52,173 nucleotides of DNA from Bacteroidota bacterium (GCA_947461105.1 CANHIG010000003.1:1-52173); one strand, 5' to 3'; shown: positions 29,370 through 39,181, counted from the first letter of the stretch. Notes: generated from the sequence alone by a model not told the origin. Translations and numbers: made by a program.

Positions 29370-30272
29370 TTAAAAGAAATAATTGAATTGAATTGATGAA
29401 AAGCTTGCCATATTCAAATGACTTTTGGCAAGTGATTGAAAAACAGGTTGACGAAACCGGATACCGATACCATACTTTTCTTTGATACGGACATCAAATG
29501 TAGCTTCTGCAGACAAAAGGTTGCCTCCGCTTAAAGAGATGGCAGCTTCACGGAATTTGTTTTTCTTAAAATAGTCATATATCAACGACACTGACGGAAT
29601 AAAACGATTGGTATTCACTTTCTTGTTATAGGCTGCTCTTAGCCACAATTGTGAGCGACCACCAATCTGTAAATTATCTTTGTTGGGTAAAGCATAACGA
29701 TAAAAAGCGCCTATTGATGCAGTAAATGCCTTTATACCAAACTGATATTCGATTTGTGGAATAAATTGCCAGGCCGCATTGCCAGGCTGTATTAAAGGAG
29801 AAAAGCCTGTGGTGTCAATACTTTTCTTGAATTCACCGGTTGGGAAGCAAGTATTGAATCCAAAATAAAACACATGAAAGGTGTTCTTATATTTAATCTT
29901 TGGGGTCATAGCAGAAACACCGATAATGATGTCTCCTAGTCCATTATAGGATAGATTTTCTGTGCCGGTTCGCTTGTTAAAAACAAAAGGCAACTCAGCT
30001 TGAACAGATACATATTTCTGCACATTCCATCTGCCTGAAAAAACAACAGATTGGAAAATATCTCTATAGTCAATCGTCATTTGCTCATTGATATATGAGG
30101 GCAAACGGAATTTATCACCTGTCACAGCATATCTAACCCCAAGTGATGATTTTAAGCCATTAATAAAATTGTCGGCACTCATCATGGAAGAACAACCAGA
30201 TGCAGAGCAACAACTCTGAGCTTCAGCTACTGACCAATCCAGTAAAGCCAAAGCAAAAAATACATTTTTCAC
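29370..30272 (-). CDS. Outer-membrane beta-barrel transporter with an N-terminal Cys cluster (CCSASGC)
   Basis: Signal peptide, GLGDI...PTG motifs of small MetA-pathway-like barrels, terminal FNYFF. GTG start. Confidence 0.7.
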   Translation of the reverse strand: MKNVFFALALLDWSVAEAQSCCSASGCSSMMSADNFINGLKSSLGVRYAVTGDKFRLPSYINEQMTIDYRDIFQSVVFSGRWNVQKYVSVQAELPFVFNKRTGTENLSYNGLGDIIIGVSAMTPKIKYKNTFHVFYFGFNTCFPTGEFKKSIDTTGFSPLIQPGNAAWQFIPQIEYQFGIKAFTASIGAFYRYALPNKDNLQIGGRSQLWLRAAYNKKVNTNRFIPSVSLIYDYFKKNKFREAAISLSGGNLLSAEATFDVRIKEKYGIGIRFRQPVFQSLAKSHLNMASFSSIQFNYFF

Positions 30273-30316
30273 TTTTGATTTTTAAATTATAAAACAAGTA
30301 TGGTCTTGAGTTATAA

Positions 30317-30697
30317 TTATGCGCAAGGCGGATGAGAAACTTCTGCTATGTACGAATGCAAATACATCGCATTTCGCTGCGAAGAAAAAGGAATTTGAAC
30401 TTCTGAAATTGAAACGTCCATTTTTAAATAGGCATTGTCATTCTGACACCATACAAAGTCTTCAAATATTGAAATTGATTCCCGCTGTGGCTCAGACTTA
30501 TTTTCAGAATTGACTTGCGCCAATTCCTTTTTCAAATAACACTTACCGTTACATTTTTTGGCTGGTGCATTTTTATTTACACAAAGTGTTTGTGCAATCG
30601 CTTTTTGATTGATAAAAAAGGCTGTAACCAGAAAAGCCTTGCCTATAGAGGCTATAAGCACAATTGTAACCACAAAGTATATTAACGCCTTTTTCAC
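30317..30697 (-). CDS. Cys-rich small protein ending in HPP (DUF2946-like putative leader ORF)
   Basis: N-terminal TM helix, CVNK...CNGKCYL and C-terminal VSHPPCA. First gene of the operon. Confidence 0.7.
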   Translation of the reverse strand: MKKALIYFVVTIVLIASIGKAFLVTAFFINQKAIAQTLCVNKNAPAKKCNGKCYLKKELAQVNSENKSEPQRESISIFEDFVWCQNDNAYLKMDVSISEVQIPFSSQRNAMYLHSYIAEVSHPPCA

Positions 30698-30701
30698 GCC
30701 T

Positions 30702-30744
30702 CCAAGGTAAAGAATTTTTTATTCCTATTTATGACTTGAGTCAT
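30702..30744 (-). promoter_or_regulatory. Promoter -7 variant TACCTTGG plus palindromic operator ATGACT-TG-AGTCAT
   Basis: -7-like box at 30709-30702. The 14-bp palindrome at 30731-30744 is centred about 40 nt upstream of the inferred transcription start. Confidence 0.5.
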
Positions 30745-30751
30745 TTCGTGT

Positions 30752-32182
30752 TTAGAATATATCGTTTGTTGTTCTAATACTCATCTGAGGTGAAGTGTAA
30801 ACAGAAGCAACTCCGATTACTGTCTTTGCGCCACTAGGGTAATTTGTCGTACTGAATGTTGCTACGTTAGTTCCTGTTCTGCTATATAACGTGAAAGAGC
30901 CTGTGCCATCATTTAAAGTAACATTTCCGCCATAAACACCGCTATTTCCGCTTAACGTCACATTCAAAACCTTTACCAACATAGATTCGTATTTTTTCAG
31001 GTTGCTATTTAGCTGTTGAAATGTAAGCGTAGTGGTAGCAGCTGTGGTAACACCAACTTTAGTCACATTACTCAAAGAGAGATTATTAAGCTGAAGAAGA
31101 CCTTTAAATTCAGAAAGCTCGCCACCTGATGTGTTAATCTCTACAGAATCGCCTACCAAAAAAGAATGATTTGCAGAAAATCTAACAGTAATTCCAGCAG
31201 TGGCATCCTGAACTACCAAGTTTTTAGGGTCGAAATTATTTGCACTGTTATCAGAAATTACAACCGCATGTATTTTCCTGGCACATGGTGCAGGAACAGT
31301 AGCGCCTGAATAATAAGCACGCAAAGTGGCTAAATCTATATCTGCTGAAGAACCAACTTGTGTTCCATCACATCTCAAATTGCTTTTTTCATTTACATCG
31401 TTTGCATTTCTGATTAGTAATTGCTTTGTCCAAGTGCTTCCTGACCTATATACAGTGTATATGGAAGTAACATCACATTTGCCCGCAGGTGTAGGAGTGG
31501 AGGCAAACCTAGCATAGCCACTTGTTCTTACAGTAATAGTATTTGCCGAACAATCTTCTAATATTCTATTTAAAGAACCCTTGTTTATAGCATCAGCATA
31601 AGGCTGATAAATATCCTGACACTGAAACTCCAAGTCTTTTATTTTTATAAGCATGGATTGATATTTGGTATTATCCAAATCAGATATTTTTAACTCAACA
31701 GGAGTTACCGATATTCCCCATTTTCCTTTCAACAATTTATCCTGAGCAACAGTTGTATTAATATAACCCAAACTACCATCAGCATTGTCCACATAACCCC
31801 CAACCTGATATAAACCGGAATATTCCCCAACATATAAATCCTTGCATTTAACGAATACTCTTCTTCCAACAGGAAATTCATTATACAAAGAGGAATTATC
31901 CACTTTCAATTGGATACCTCCAGTAGAGTCCTGAATAGTTACTACTTTATATAAGTTACCATCTTTGTCATCAGCATTTACAATACCCGAAATAATCCAG
32001 TCGTTATCCACTTTCTTTGGCACTCCGGTTCCAAGCGTATAAATGGCTTTTAAATCTTTAATTGTAGTATTTGCTGACACGCCCTTAGGGTCTTCTCCGC
32101 CTGTTGGGGGCGCATCAAATTTTTCTTTAACACAGCCCGACAGGGCAAATGCAAGTAAAATAACGCCTGCGATATTTTTCAT
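30752..32182 (-). CDS. DUF5689-like lipoprotein with tandem OB-fold-type repeats
   Basis: Likely start 32182 (MKNIAGVILLAFALSGC lipobox). Two repeats: GNLYK..IQDSTGGI / NNF...VQDATAGI and YQSMLIKI / YESMLVKV. Confidence 0.75.
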   Translation of the reverse strand: MKNIAGVILLAFALSGCVKEKFDAPPTGGEDPKGVSANTTIKDLKAIYTLGTGVPKKVDNDWIISGIVNADDKDGNLYKVVTIQDSTGGIQLKVDNSSLYNEFPVGRRVFVKCKDLYVGEYSGLYQVGGYVDNADGSLGYINTTVAQDKLLKGKWGISVTPVELKISDLDNTKYQSMLIKIKDLEFQCQDIYQPYADAINKGSLNRILEDCSANTITVRTSGYARFASTPTPAGKCDVTSIYTVYRSGSTWTKQLLIRNANDVNEKSNLRCDGTQVGSSADIDLATLRAYYSGATVPAPCARKIHAVVISDNSANNFDPKNLVVQDATAGITVRFSANHSFLVGDSVEINTSGGELSEFKGLLQLNNLSLSNVTKVGVTTAATTTLTFQQLNSNLKKYESMLVKVLNVTLSGNSGVYGGNVTLNDGTGSFTLYSRTGTNVATFSTTNYPSGAKTVIGVASVYTSPQMSIRTTNDIF

Positions 32183-32231
32183 AATAATGATTTGTACTTG
32201 TTTGAAATATGGTGTTTTCATAATTGATTTC

Positions 32232-34784
32232 TTATTGCATTCTAAAGTTAATTGAAATAAAATATCCAATACCTCTGGCATATCTGTATCTGGTATCAAA
32301 TTTCTGCGGATTTTTATCAAAGTAGTCAAATCGGAGCTGCTCATTCGCGCTGATAACAAAGTTTGTGTTGTTAGTCACGTTTGAAATTGTTGCGTTAAAA
32401 ATCAGATAGAAGCGTTCTTTGGTTTTAAGCTTAAATGTTCGATTGATTAGCCAAGAGTATCCACCACGAATATCCATAGTAAATTGACCTTTCAATTTTT
32501 CCTGATCAATAATTCTATTCCATTGATCCGAACCGGCATCCAATCCACTAACAGCGTTAGAAGTTCTGCGAGCCGGATTAACCGCTACCCACATCCAATC
32601 AAAATAATTAAAGTTCACGCCTACATTCCAAAACTTAGGGGAGCGATATCGAAGACCCGCAGAAGCTGCAAGTTGCGGTGAACCTGCGATATTAAATCCT
32701 TGCCAATAAACAGTTTGCTGATTGTCCAAAACCTTTGAATCATTATTTCTTGTGATGTATGCTGTAGGACGTGTGGTATATGTGTATCGCCCGATACTTG
32801 CAACCGCATTGGCCCCAAAACCTTTATAAATCTCTGCATCCACTCCAAGCTCGCCACCAAAATAGCGCTTTCCAACTCCGCTCAAGGAATAGTTCACCAT
32901 TGTTCTGTAATCATCATTAAAGTACAAATAGTTCTGAATACCATCTTTAAATTCAGTGTAGAAGAAGTTTGCCTTAACTGATACCTTAGGTGCTTTAAAG
33001 ATATATCCACCCTCTATGCTCCATATCTTTTCACTTTTCAAGGTTGGAATAATTTCATTTCGCATTGTTGGTGCAAGGTATGTATCATGAAAGTTTGGAG
33101 CCTGTGTTTGATAAGTTGCGTTTGCATAAACATAATTTCGCCCGTTTATCTTAACTGAGCCTCCACCTTTCACCCCAAAATTGATGAAAATATTCTTTTT
33201 AGAATCGCCATAAGAACCGTTAGGGAAAAGACCATTTCTAATTAACCCCGTTCGCCAAAAATCGGTGTTGGATAATTGACCAGAAAGAAAAAAGTCAAAA
33301 CGATTGTATTTGAAAGCTAGCTGAGACCATGCCTGAGCTTTATGGACAGTCATGGTGTAATCATATCCATATTTATCGCCTACCATTATTATTCTGTTAG
33401 GTTGATTAAGATCAAATTGCGGAGCGTTATTATCATTTGGATAATCCCTTTCTGCAAACATATTCACGTTCACAAAAAAATCGCCTCCCAGCAAGTCTTT
33501 CAACTGCTTGTAATACCTGTTTCTCTCAAACTGATATGTAAGACCTCCGCTGTATGATATATGCTCATCCAGTGAATGATTGGCAATTGCACTAAATTGC
33601 GCAGAGTTCACCTCGGCAACTCTATCGCTTAACACATAGCGCGACCAAGCGCCATAAACAGCTTGCCCTGAGCCATTGGCATTAGGCACAGAATCATATC
33701 TATTAGCATTTATCTGATAAAATCTATCCCATTGAATCTGTAACAAATCTTTATCGCTCTCCAATATATTTCTTGCTTCTGCACTCGCAAAAGAATCAGT
33801 GATTAGACTTGGAATATTTTTGTAATAATCTGGCGCAGGATTAGTGGCATTATACCAGTCTATTCCAGAGTATCGCTGCTTACCAAACTGATACATGGCA
33901 GATAAAATAAGGTTTGTTTTTGAGCTAAACTTCCCTTCATAGATAAGCTGGAAAACAGGAATGAAATTATTGGTCTCATTAGCATTTCTAATTTGTCCAT
34001 TTTGATAACCCCATGAAGTATTGTAATATTTATTTCCTGAAATCTGTTGCATCTCTCTGGTTGAAACTGCCGCTCTGGTGTAGCGTGTGGGAGCACCAAA
34101 TGCGACTAATGAGAGGCTATGCTTTTCACTAATGAGCTTCTCCACTGAAAAGAAATAAGAATATCCATCATAGTAAGTACCAGGTTCATAGCCCTTCTCT
34201 GCCCATCGCCTTGCAAAAGCACCAGCCACAGCCCAATTTCCTTTCATAAATCCACTGACATAACTTGCTGCTATTCTGTTGCGGTAACGCTGATTGGTTA
34301 CAGCATAGGATGCATTCAACCCTTTAAATAAATGTCCCGCTCTGGAATCAAACATAATAGCTCCGCCAATATTACCATAACTAAATGTAGAATTTGCAAG
34401 TCCTATTGAGGATTGTCGGCTTCTAAACATATCGTTCAGTCCGCCCCATTCAGACCATGCTACATTTCCTGATTCCGGGTCATTCATAGAAAGCCCGTTA
34501 ATCAATACATTGGAATATTCACCTGCGTAACCCCTATATCTGTATCCACCTGATGAAAGCTGAAAAGATGCGGCTGATAAAAAAGCATCTCTTGACGATG
34601 ATAAAATGCTTGATACATTTTGGGAGACAGTATTATCCTCTAATTCAGACTCAGATAAATTAACTACAGGAATATTCTCCGGATTTTTCAGGCTGCTTAT
34701 TGCTGAAGTAGTATCCACCCCAAAATCCTGAGCAAAAAGATGAAATCCTATCGCAACAAAGAATAACGTAAATAATTTTTTCAT
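32232..34784 (-). CDS. TonB-dependent receptor
   Basis: Signal peptide, plug region (YRYRGY...LINGLSMND...WSEWGGLND) and a long beta-barrel. Confidence 0.85.
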   Translation of the reverse strand: MKKLFTLFFVAIGFHLFAQDFGVDTTSAISSLKNPENIPVVNLSESELEDNTVSQNVSSILSSSRDAFLSAASFQLSSGGYRYRGYAGEYSNVLINGLSMNDPESGNVAWSEWGGLNDMFRSRQSSIGLANSTFSYGNIGGAIMFDSRAGHLFKGLNASYAVTNQRYRNRIAASYVSGFMKGNWAVAGAFARRWAEKGYEPGTYYDGYSYFFSVEKLISEKHSLSLVAFGAPTRYTRAAVSTREMQQISGNKYYNTSWGYQNGQIRNANETNNFIPVFQLIYEGKFSSKTNLILSAMYQFGKQRYSGIDWYNATNPAPDYYKNIPSLITDSFASAEARNILESDKDLLQIQWDRFYQINANRYDSVPNANGSGQAVYGAWSRYVLSDRVAEVNSAQFSAIANHSLDEHISYSGGLTYQFERNRYYKQLKDLLGGDFFVNVNMFAERDYPNDNNAPQFDLNQPNRIIMVGDKYGYDYTMTVHKAQAWSQLAFKYNRFDFFLSGQLSNTDFWRTGLIRNGLFPNGSYGDSKKNIFINFGVKGGGSVKINGRNYVYANATYQTQAPNFHDTYLAPTMRNEIIPTLKSEKIWSIEGGYIFKAPKVSVKANFFYTEFKDGIQNYLYFNDDYRTMVNYSLSGVGKRYFGGELGVDAEIYKGFGANAVASIGRYTYTTRPTAYITRNNDSKVLDNQQTVYWQGFNIAGSPQLAASAGLRYRSPKFWNVGVNFNYFDWMWVAVNPARRTSNAVSGLDAGSDQWNRIIDQEKLKGQFTMDIRGGYSWLINRTFKLKTKERFYLIFNATISNVTNNTNFVISANEQLRFDYFDKNPQKFDTRYRYARGIGYFISINFRMQ

Positions 34785-34889
34785 TCGCTAAAAATATTTT
34801 ATTCCAAATAGTCAGAACAATAACATACCTAATTTTTCATCCCAATCTTAATAACAATTAAACCTTGATTCAACATTAATGACCTACGC

Positions 34890-34897
34890 CAAAAGTA
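34890..34897 (-). promoter_or_regulatory. -7 box TACTTTTG upstream of the TonB receptor
   Basis: Exact TANNTTTG on the minus strand about 105 nt upstream of the ATG. Confidence 0.45.
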
Positions 34898-35007
34898 TAT
34901 AAATCTATCACTTTTTAAAAAGTTTGGCACATTAATTTAATGGATGAAATAATTATTAATATTCACATAAAATTGATTCATTAGCTTTATCAAAATTCAA
35001 TTCATAT

Positions 35008-36054
35008 ATGTTTAAAAAGGAAATCACTCTTTTAGTCTTCTTATTATCATTGTTAAATGCTTTTTCTCAGGAAAAAAAGGCTTATCAGGTTTCAGTCATT
35101 GGGTTTTACAATTTGGAAAACTTTTATGATACCATCAATCAAAAAAATGTAAATGATGATGAGTTTACTCCCGAAGGTCCAAGACATTACAACGCTTCGG
35201 TATACAAAGACAAAATTGAGCGCTTAACCGAAGTGTTATCCAAAGTCGGAACAGATATTAGCCCGGATGGATTAGCATTTTTCGGAGTGGCTGAAATTGA
35301 GAATGAATCCGTGCTATATGATTTGGTAAATCATTCTTCAATTAAAGGAAGAGGTTATAAAATTATCCATTATGATTCGCCTGACGACCGTGGTGTGGAT
35401 GTCGGACTGATATACAACCCGAAATATTTTAAGGTGCTAGGCAGTGAACCTCTTCGTGTTCCATTAGTAGATGAAAATGGGCTTCCCAGGAGAACTCGTG
35501 ATGTGTTGTGGGTTTCAGGAAGTTACCTTGGTGAGGAAATGCATGTTTTTGTAAATCACTGGCCATCGAGACGAGGAGGCGAGTTTGCCTCTGCTCCCGG
35601 AAGAGCTTTAGCTGCAAGCGTTTCAAAGAAAATAATTGATTCCTTAATGGTAATTAACCCAAATACGAAAGTGGTTTTAATGGGAGATTTGAATGATGAC
35701 CCTGTAAGTCCGAGTGTAGCTAAAGTATTAGGGGCGAAAGGAAAAGCTGAAAGCGTGAAAGAAGGAGAATTGTTTAATCCCTGGGTAGATTTTTTCAAGA
35801 AAGGAATCGGCACACTTGCTTATAATGATTCATGGAATCTATTTGACCAAATCATTATCAGTTACGGATTTTTACCTAAATATCAAGAGGGCGTTTTTTT
35901 TAAAGAGGCGCGTATTTTCAACCGAAATTTCATGGTACAGCAGACAGGTCGCTATAAAGGATACCCTCTAAGAACCTGGGATGGAATGATATACAACCAT
36001 GGCTACTCCGATCACTTCCCAACTTACCTTGTATTATTGAAAGAAGTAAAATAA
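35008..36054 (+). CDS. Secreted endonuclease/exonuclease/phosphatase-family nuclease
   Basis: Signal peptide, FYNLEN, EIEN, NHWPSR, MGDLND, FDQII and GYSDHFP. Confidence 0.9.
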   Translation: MFKKEITLLVFLLSLLNAFSQEKKAYQVSVIGFYNLENFYDTINQKNVNDDEFTPEGPRHYNASVYKDKIERLTEVLSKVGTDISPDGLAFFGVAEIENESVLYDLVNHSSIKGRGYKIIHYDSPDDRGVDVGLIYNPKYFKVLGSEPLRVPLVDENGLPRRTRDVLWVSGSYLGEEMHVFVNHWPSRRGGEFASAPGRALAASVSKKIIDSLMVINPNTKVVLMGDLNDDPVSPSVAKVLGAKGKAESVKEGELFNPWVDFFKKGIGTLAYNDSWNLFDQIIISYGFLPKYQEGVFFKEARIFNRNFMVQQTGRYKGYPLRTWDGMIYNHGYSDHFPTYLVLLKEVK

Positions 36055-36058
36055 CCCC

Positions 36059-36913
36059 ATGCAATACAAGCTATTCATAATTACTGCTCTTATCCATGTA
36101 ACTGCTTATGGGCAAAATGAAGTGTCATATGCCAGATACGCAAAGGATTCTGTAGTTGTAAACGGTCATTCTGATGAATGGCAGAAACCCTTTAATTTTT
36201 ATGATAGTAATACCGGATTCTATTTCAGTATCTCAAATAATGCTCAATATCTTTTCCTATGCTTTGAGACATCCAATCCAATGAATCAGCTGAAAATAAT
36301 CAAAACCGGGCTGAGTGTTTCTCTATCTACAAAAGGCAAAAACAAAAAAAACACTATTATCAATTTCCCACTTCCGGATAAAAATCTAGCAGCGAACCAT
36401 CCAGCTGGCAATATGGACATGCTGACCTTGAGAACAGATTTCTTTTTGAACCAAACAGAGGCTCAAACACTAGGCTTTTCAAGTGTAAACGGAACTATTT
36501 TGCTTAATAATGATAAAATTTCGATTGGTGCAAATTGGGATAAAGAAAATAATATGGTTTTTGAGTATAAAATTAGTCTGAAAGAAATTTTTGGCAATGA
36601 TTTTGATTTTAAATCAAACAAAGAGCAAGTACAGTTGAAGGCAGAAATTAATGGATTGCCGAAAAAAAATATTGCAAACATGAACTCCAAAGCTATGAGC
36701 GGCAGAACTATAGTGAATAACGGACAACAAAATCTAAATGCAAATCAAGGCGTGATGGGAACCAATACTATGGGAAATCCTATGGCTCAGCAAATGCAAC
36801 CATTGGCAACTGATAATAGTGATAATGAGAACACTGATGCGGATGCAGAAAGAGGTTTCCTCTATGAAAAAGCAGAACTAAAACAGAAATTCTTATTAAA
36901 CACAGATTTCTAA
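36059..36913 (+). CDS. Hypothetical secreted protein
   Basis: Signal peptide, VVNGHSDEW (CBM9-like start) and an N/M/Q-rich low-complexity segment near the C-terminus. Confidence 0.7.
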   Translation: MQYKLFIITALIHVTAYGQNEVSYARYAKDSVVVNGHSDEWQKPFNFYDSNTGFYFSISNNAQYLFLCFETSNPMNQLKIIKTGLSVSLSTKGKNKKNTIINFPLPDKNLAANHPAGNMDMLTLRTDFFLNQTEAQTLGFSSVNGTILLNNDKISIGANWDKENNMVFEYKISLKEIFGNDFDFKSNKEQVQLKAEINGLPKKNIANMNSKAMSGRTIVNNGQQNLNANQGVMGTNTMGNPMAQQMQPLATDNSDNENTDADAERGFLYEKAELKQKFLLNTDF

Positions 36914-37080
36914 TCTTCTTGATATAGACTTTCCTAAGATGGGAAATCCCCCTTATTACTCTTGAAATACAAGACACAAATCCTTTTCTCAGCCTTATTT
37001 GACTGCATGCTGAAACAGAAGCCGACTTTACATCAAAAAGCATGGTGTTCAGAAAGATTAGTCAATAAATTTACTCATAA

Positions 37081-37107
37081 AAAAGCCACGCTGCTCGCGT
37101 GGCTTTT
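37081..37107. terminator. Bidirectional Rho-independent terminator
   Basis: AAAAGCCACGC-TGCTC-GCGTGGCTTTT between convergent genes. Confidence 0.85.
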
Positions 37108-37111
37108 AGAG

Positions 37112-39181
37112 TTATTTTTTATCGTATCCTGGACCTGTTTTCGTATCGTCCACAGGAGCGTTAGGATCGTATTCAATTTCCGGAGCCTCTTCAGGTTTAT
37201 CAGGCAAGATTTTAAACTCAACCCTTCTGTTTCTAGCTCTACCCTCTGGATCATCTTCTCCTTGAACATCATTAGGTGCAATTGGCGCAGTTTCACCAAA
37301 GCCTATTGCAATTACTCTCGCTTCTTCTATACCTTTTGAAACCAGATATGCCTTAGCTTCGTCAGCTCTTCTTTGAGATAGCTTTACGTTGTATTCATCG
37401 CTACCTTTGCTATCTGTGTGACCTTGTACTTCTACACTATAACCAGGATGCTGAACTAATATTGCAAACACTGAGTCCATTTTCAATTTGTAAAAATCTA
37501 TAACTAAAGACTTATCAAATGCAAAATATATGTTTTCAATTTTCACTTTGTTTTTGATGATTGGGTCAATTAAGAATACTTGATAAACAGTATCCTTAGT
37601 TTCATTTTCATCTACAGCAAAGTTCTCAACAGATGGCCAGTAACCTTCTTTAGTTCCATTCACTTTAAATTTATCACCACGCTTGATAACCAAACTAAAT
37701 GGCTTAGCTACATCTGTAACCTGATCTCCTACAAAATCAAAGTTTTTACCATCAACTTTATAAAAAGAGGAAGTAACACCCGCAATAGGTTTTTTATCAG
37801 GATCTGTTCTCAAGGCATAAATACCTTGAAGGATGATTTCCTCATTTATTGCAACATTCCAAATGTCATCGCAGCAAGTTTCACCTCTGATTGTTTTGGT
37901 TCCGGAACGGTTAGAAACCACATAGCCTCTCTTGCCTCTTTCATCCAAAACAAAATAGATATCATCCGCTGAAGAGTTCACAGGAGCACCAAGATTATAT
38001 GCAACACCCCAAGCATCAGGAGTTCCTTTCACTTTAAATACATCTAAGCCTCCAAGATTTGGACGACCATTAGTACTAAAATAAAGCGCTTTCTCTTTTC
38101 TATCATAATATGGAGAGTATTCATCCCCTGATGTGTTTACATCATTTCCGATATTCTTAATTGGACCAAAAGATTCTCCTTTTATCTCAGCATAGAATAT
38201 ATCTAATCCTCCTCTTCCACCTCTATCAGAGACGAAATACAAAGCTTCTTTTCCATCTTTTGTAATACCAAAGGCAGGCTGAGTTGTAGTTCCCTCAGGA
38301 TTGTTCAATGCTTTTAACTCTTCAGGTTCACCCCAGTCTTTTCCTACTCTTTTAGAACGGAAAAGCTTACACTTCATAGAAACAATTTCAGATTGATCAC
38401 ACTTTGTAAAATAAAGAACCTTTTCATCAGCATTCATAACCCCATTACCAACGTGAGTTTTTGAGTCATTTGGAGGATATGAAAGTCTGGTATCGCTTTT
38501 CCATGTTTTACCATCTTTAGTTGCAATATACATTTTAGCGAAATAGTCCTGATCACTCTTGGTGATGTTTATTGCAGTATCAGATTTAAGAGAAGAATAC
38601 AAAAGTCTGTTTCCACTTAAAGGTTTTGGAGCAAAATCAGTCAAAATGTTGTTTACAGAACCTTCTTCATGCTCCACTTTCATTTTGTATGGATTTGCCA
38701 ACCAGGCATTTGATGAATCACAACCAATAATCTCGGTTTTTGCCAAGCTTTTGTAGCTAATATCCTTTTTGTCGAGCTTAAGCTTCAAATAACCCTGAAA
38801 AGTCTTTTTTGCTTCCGCATACTTCCCATTCATTTTTTGCATTTGCCCCAGAAAAAAAGTACTGTTTGGCCACTTATCAGCTACTTTTTGAATTTCAAGT
38901 ACATAATATTTCTCTGCAGCCTGATAGTCGCGTAAACTTCTGTTCAGCTCCGCCAAAAGGTGAATTACTTTGACTTTGTCCGGCTTTGCTTTTACAACAT
39001 CTTCCAAGTACCCGACAGCATTAAAGTAACTTCCCTCTTTAACGAGGTCTTTTGCCAACTTAGTTTTTTTGCCGGTCTTTACATTTGGGTATTTCAGAAC
39101 CTTCTGTTTTACACCTTCTTCATCTTGAGCACTTACGGTTATCGTAACTAAAGACAAAAGTGCGATTAATACTTTTTTCAT
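37112..39181 (-). CDS. PorE-like OmpA-family protein (TPR + PD40 propeller + OmpA_C)
   Basis: TPR helices, LYFVSDRGGRGGLDIF repeats, IYFAFDK, GHTDSKG, LSQRRA and NRRVEF. Confidence 0.9.
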   Translation of the reverse strand: MKKVLIALLSLVTITVSAQDEEGVKQKVLKYPNVKTGKKTKLAKDLVKEGSYFNAVGYLEDVVKAKPDKVKVIHLLAELNRSLRDYQAAEKYYVLEIQKVADKWPNSTFFLGQMQKMNGKYAEAKKTFQGYLKLKLDKKDISYKSLAKTEIIGCDSSNAWLANPYKMKVEHEEGSVNNILTDFAPKPLSGNRLLYSSLKSDTAINITKSDQDYFAKMYIATKDGKTWKSDTRLSYPPNDSKTHVGNGVMNADEKVLYFTKCDQSEIVSMKCKLFRSKRVGKDWGEPEELKALNNPEGTTTQPAFGITKDGKEALYFVSDRGGRGGLDIFYAEIKGESFGPIKNIGNDVNTSGDEYSPYYDRKEKALYFSTNGRPNLGGLDVFKVKGTPDAWGVAYNLGAPVNSSADDIYFVLDERGKRGYVVSNRSGTKTIRGETCCDDIWNVAINEEIILQGIYALRTDPDKKPIAGVTSSFYKVDGKNFDFVGDQVTDVAKPFSLVIKRGDKFKVNGTKEGYWPSVENFAVDENETKDTVYQVFLIDPIIKNKVKIENIYFAFDKSLVIDFYKLKMDSVFAILVQHPGYSVEVQGHTDSKGSDEYNVKLSQRRADEAKAYLVSKGIEEARVIAIGFGETAPIAPNDVQGEDDPEGRARNRRVEFKILPDKPEEAPEIEYDPNAPVDDTKTGPGYDKK

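Noticed and set aside
36914-37080. Possible structured RNA or small ORFs (36780..37043, 36962..37339) between convergent genes
   Set aside because: Only short scattered complementarities, no promoter, and the ORFs overlap real genes.
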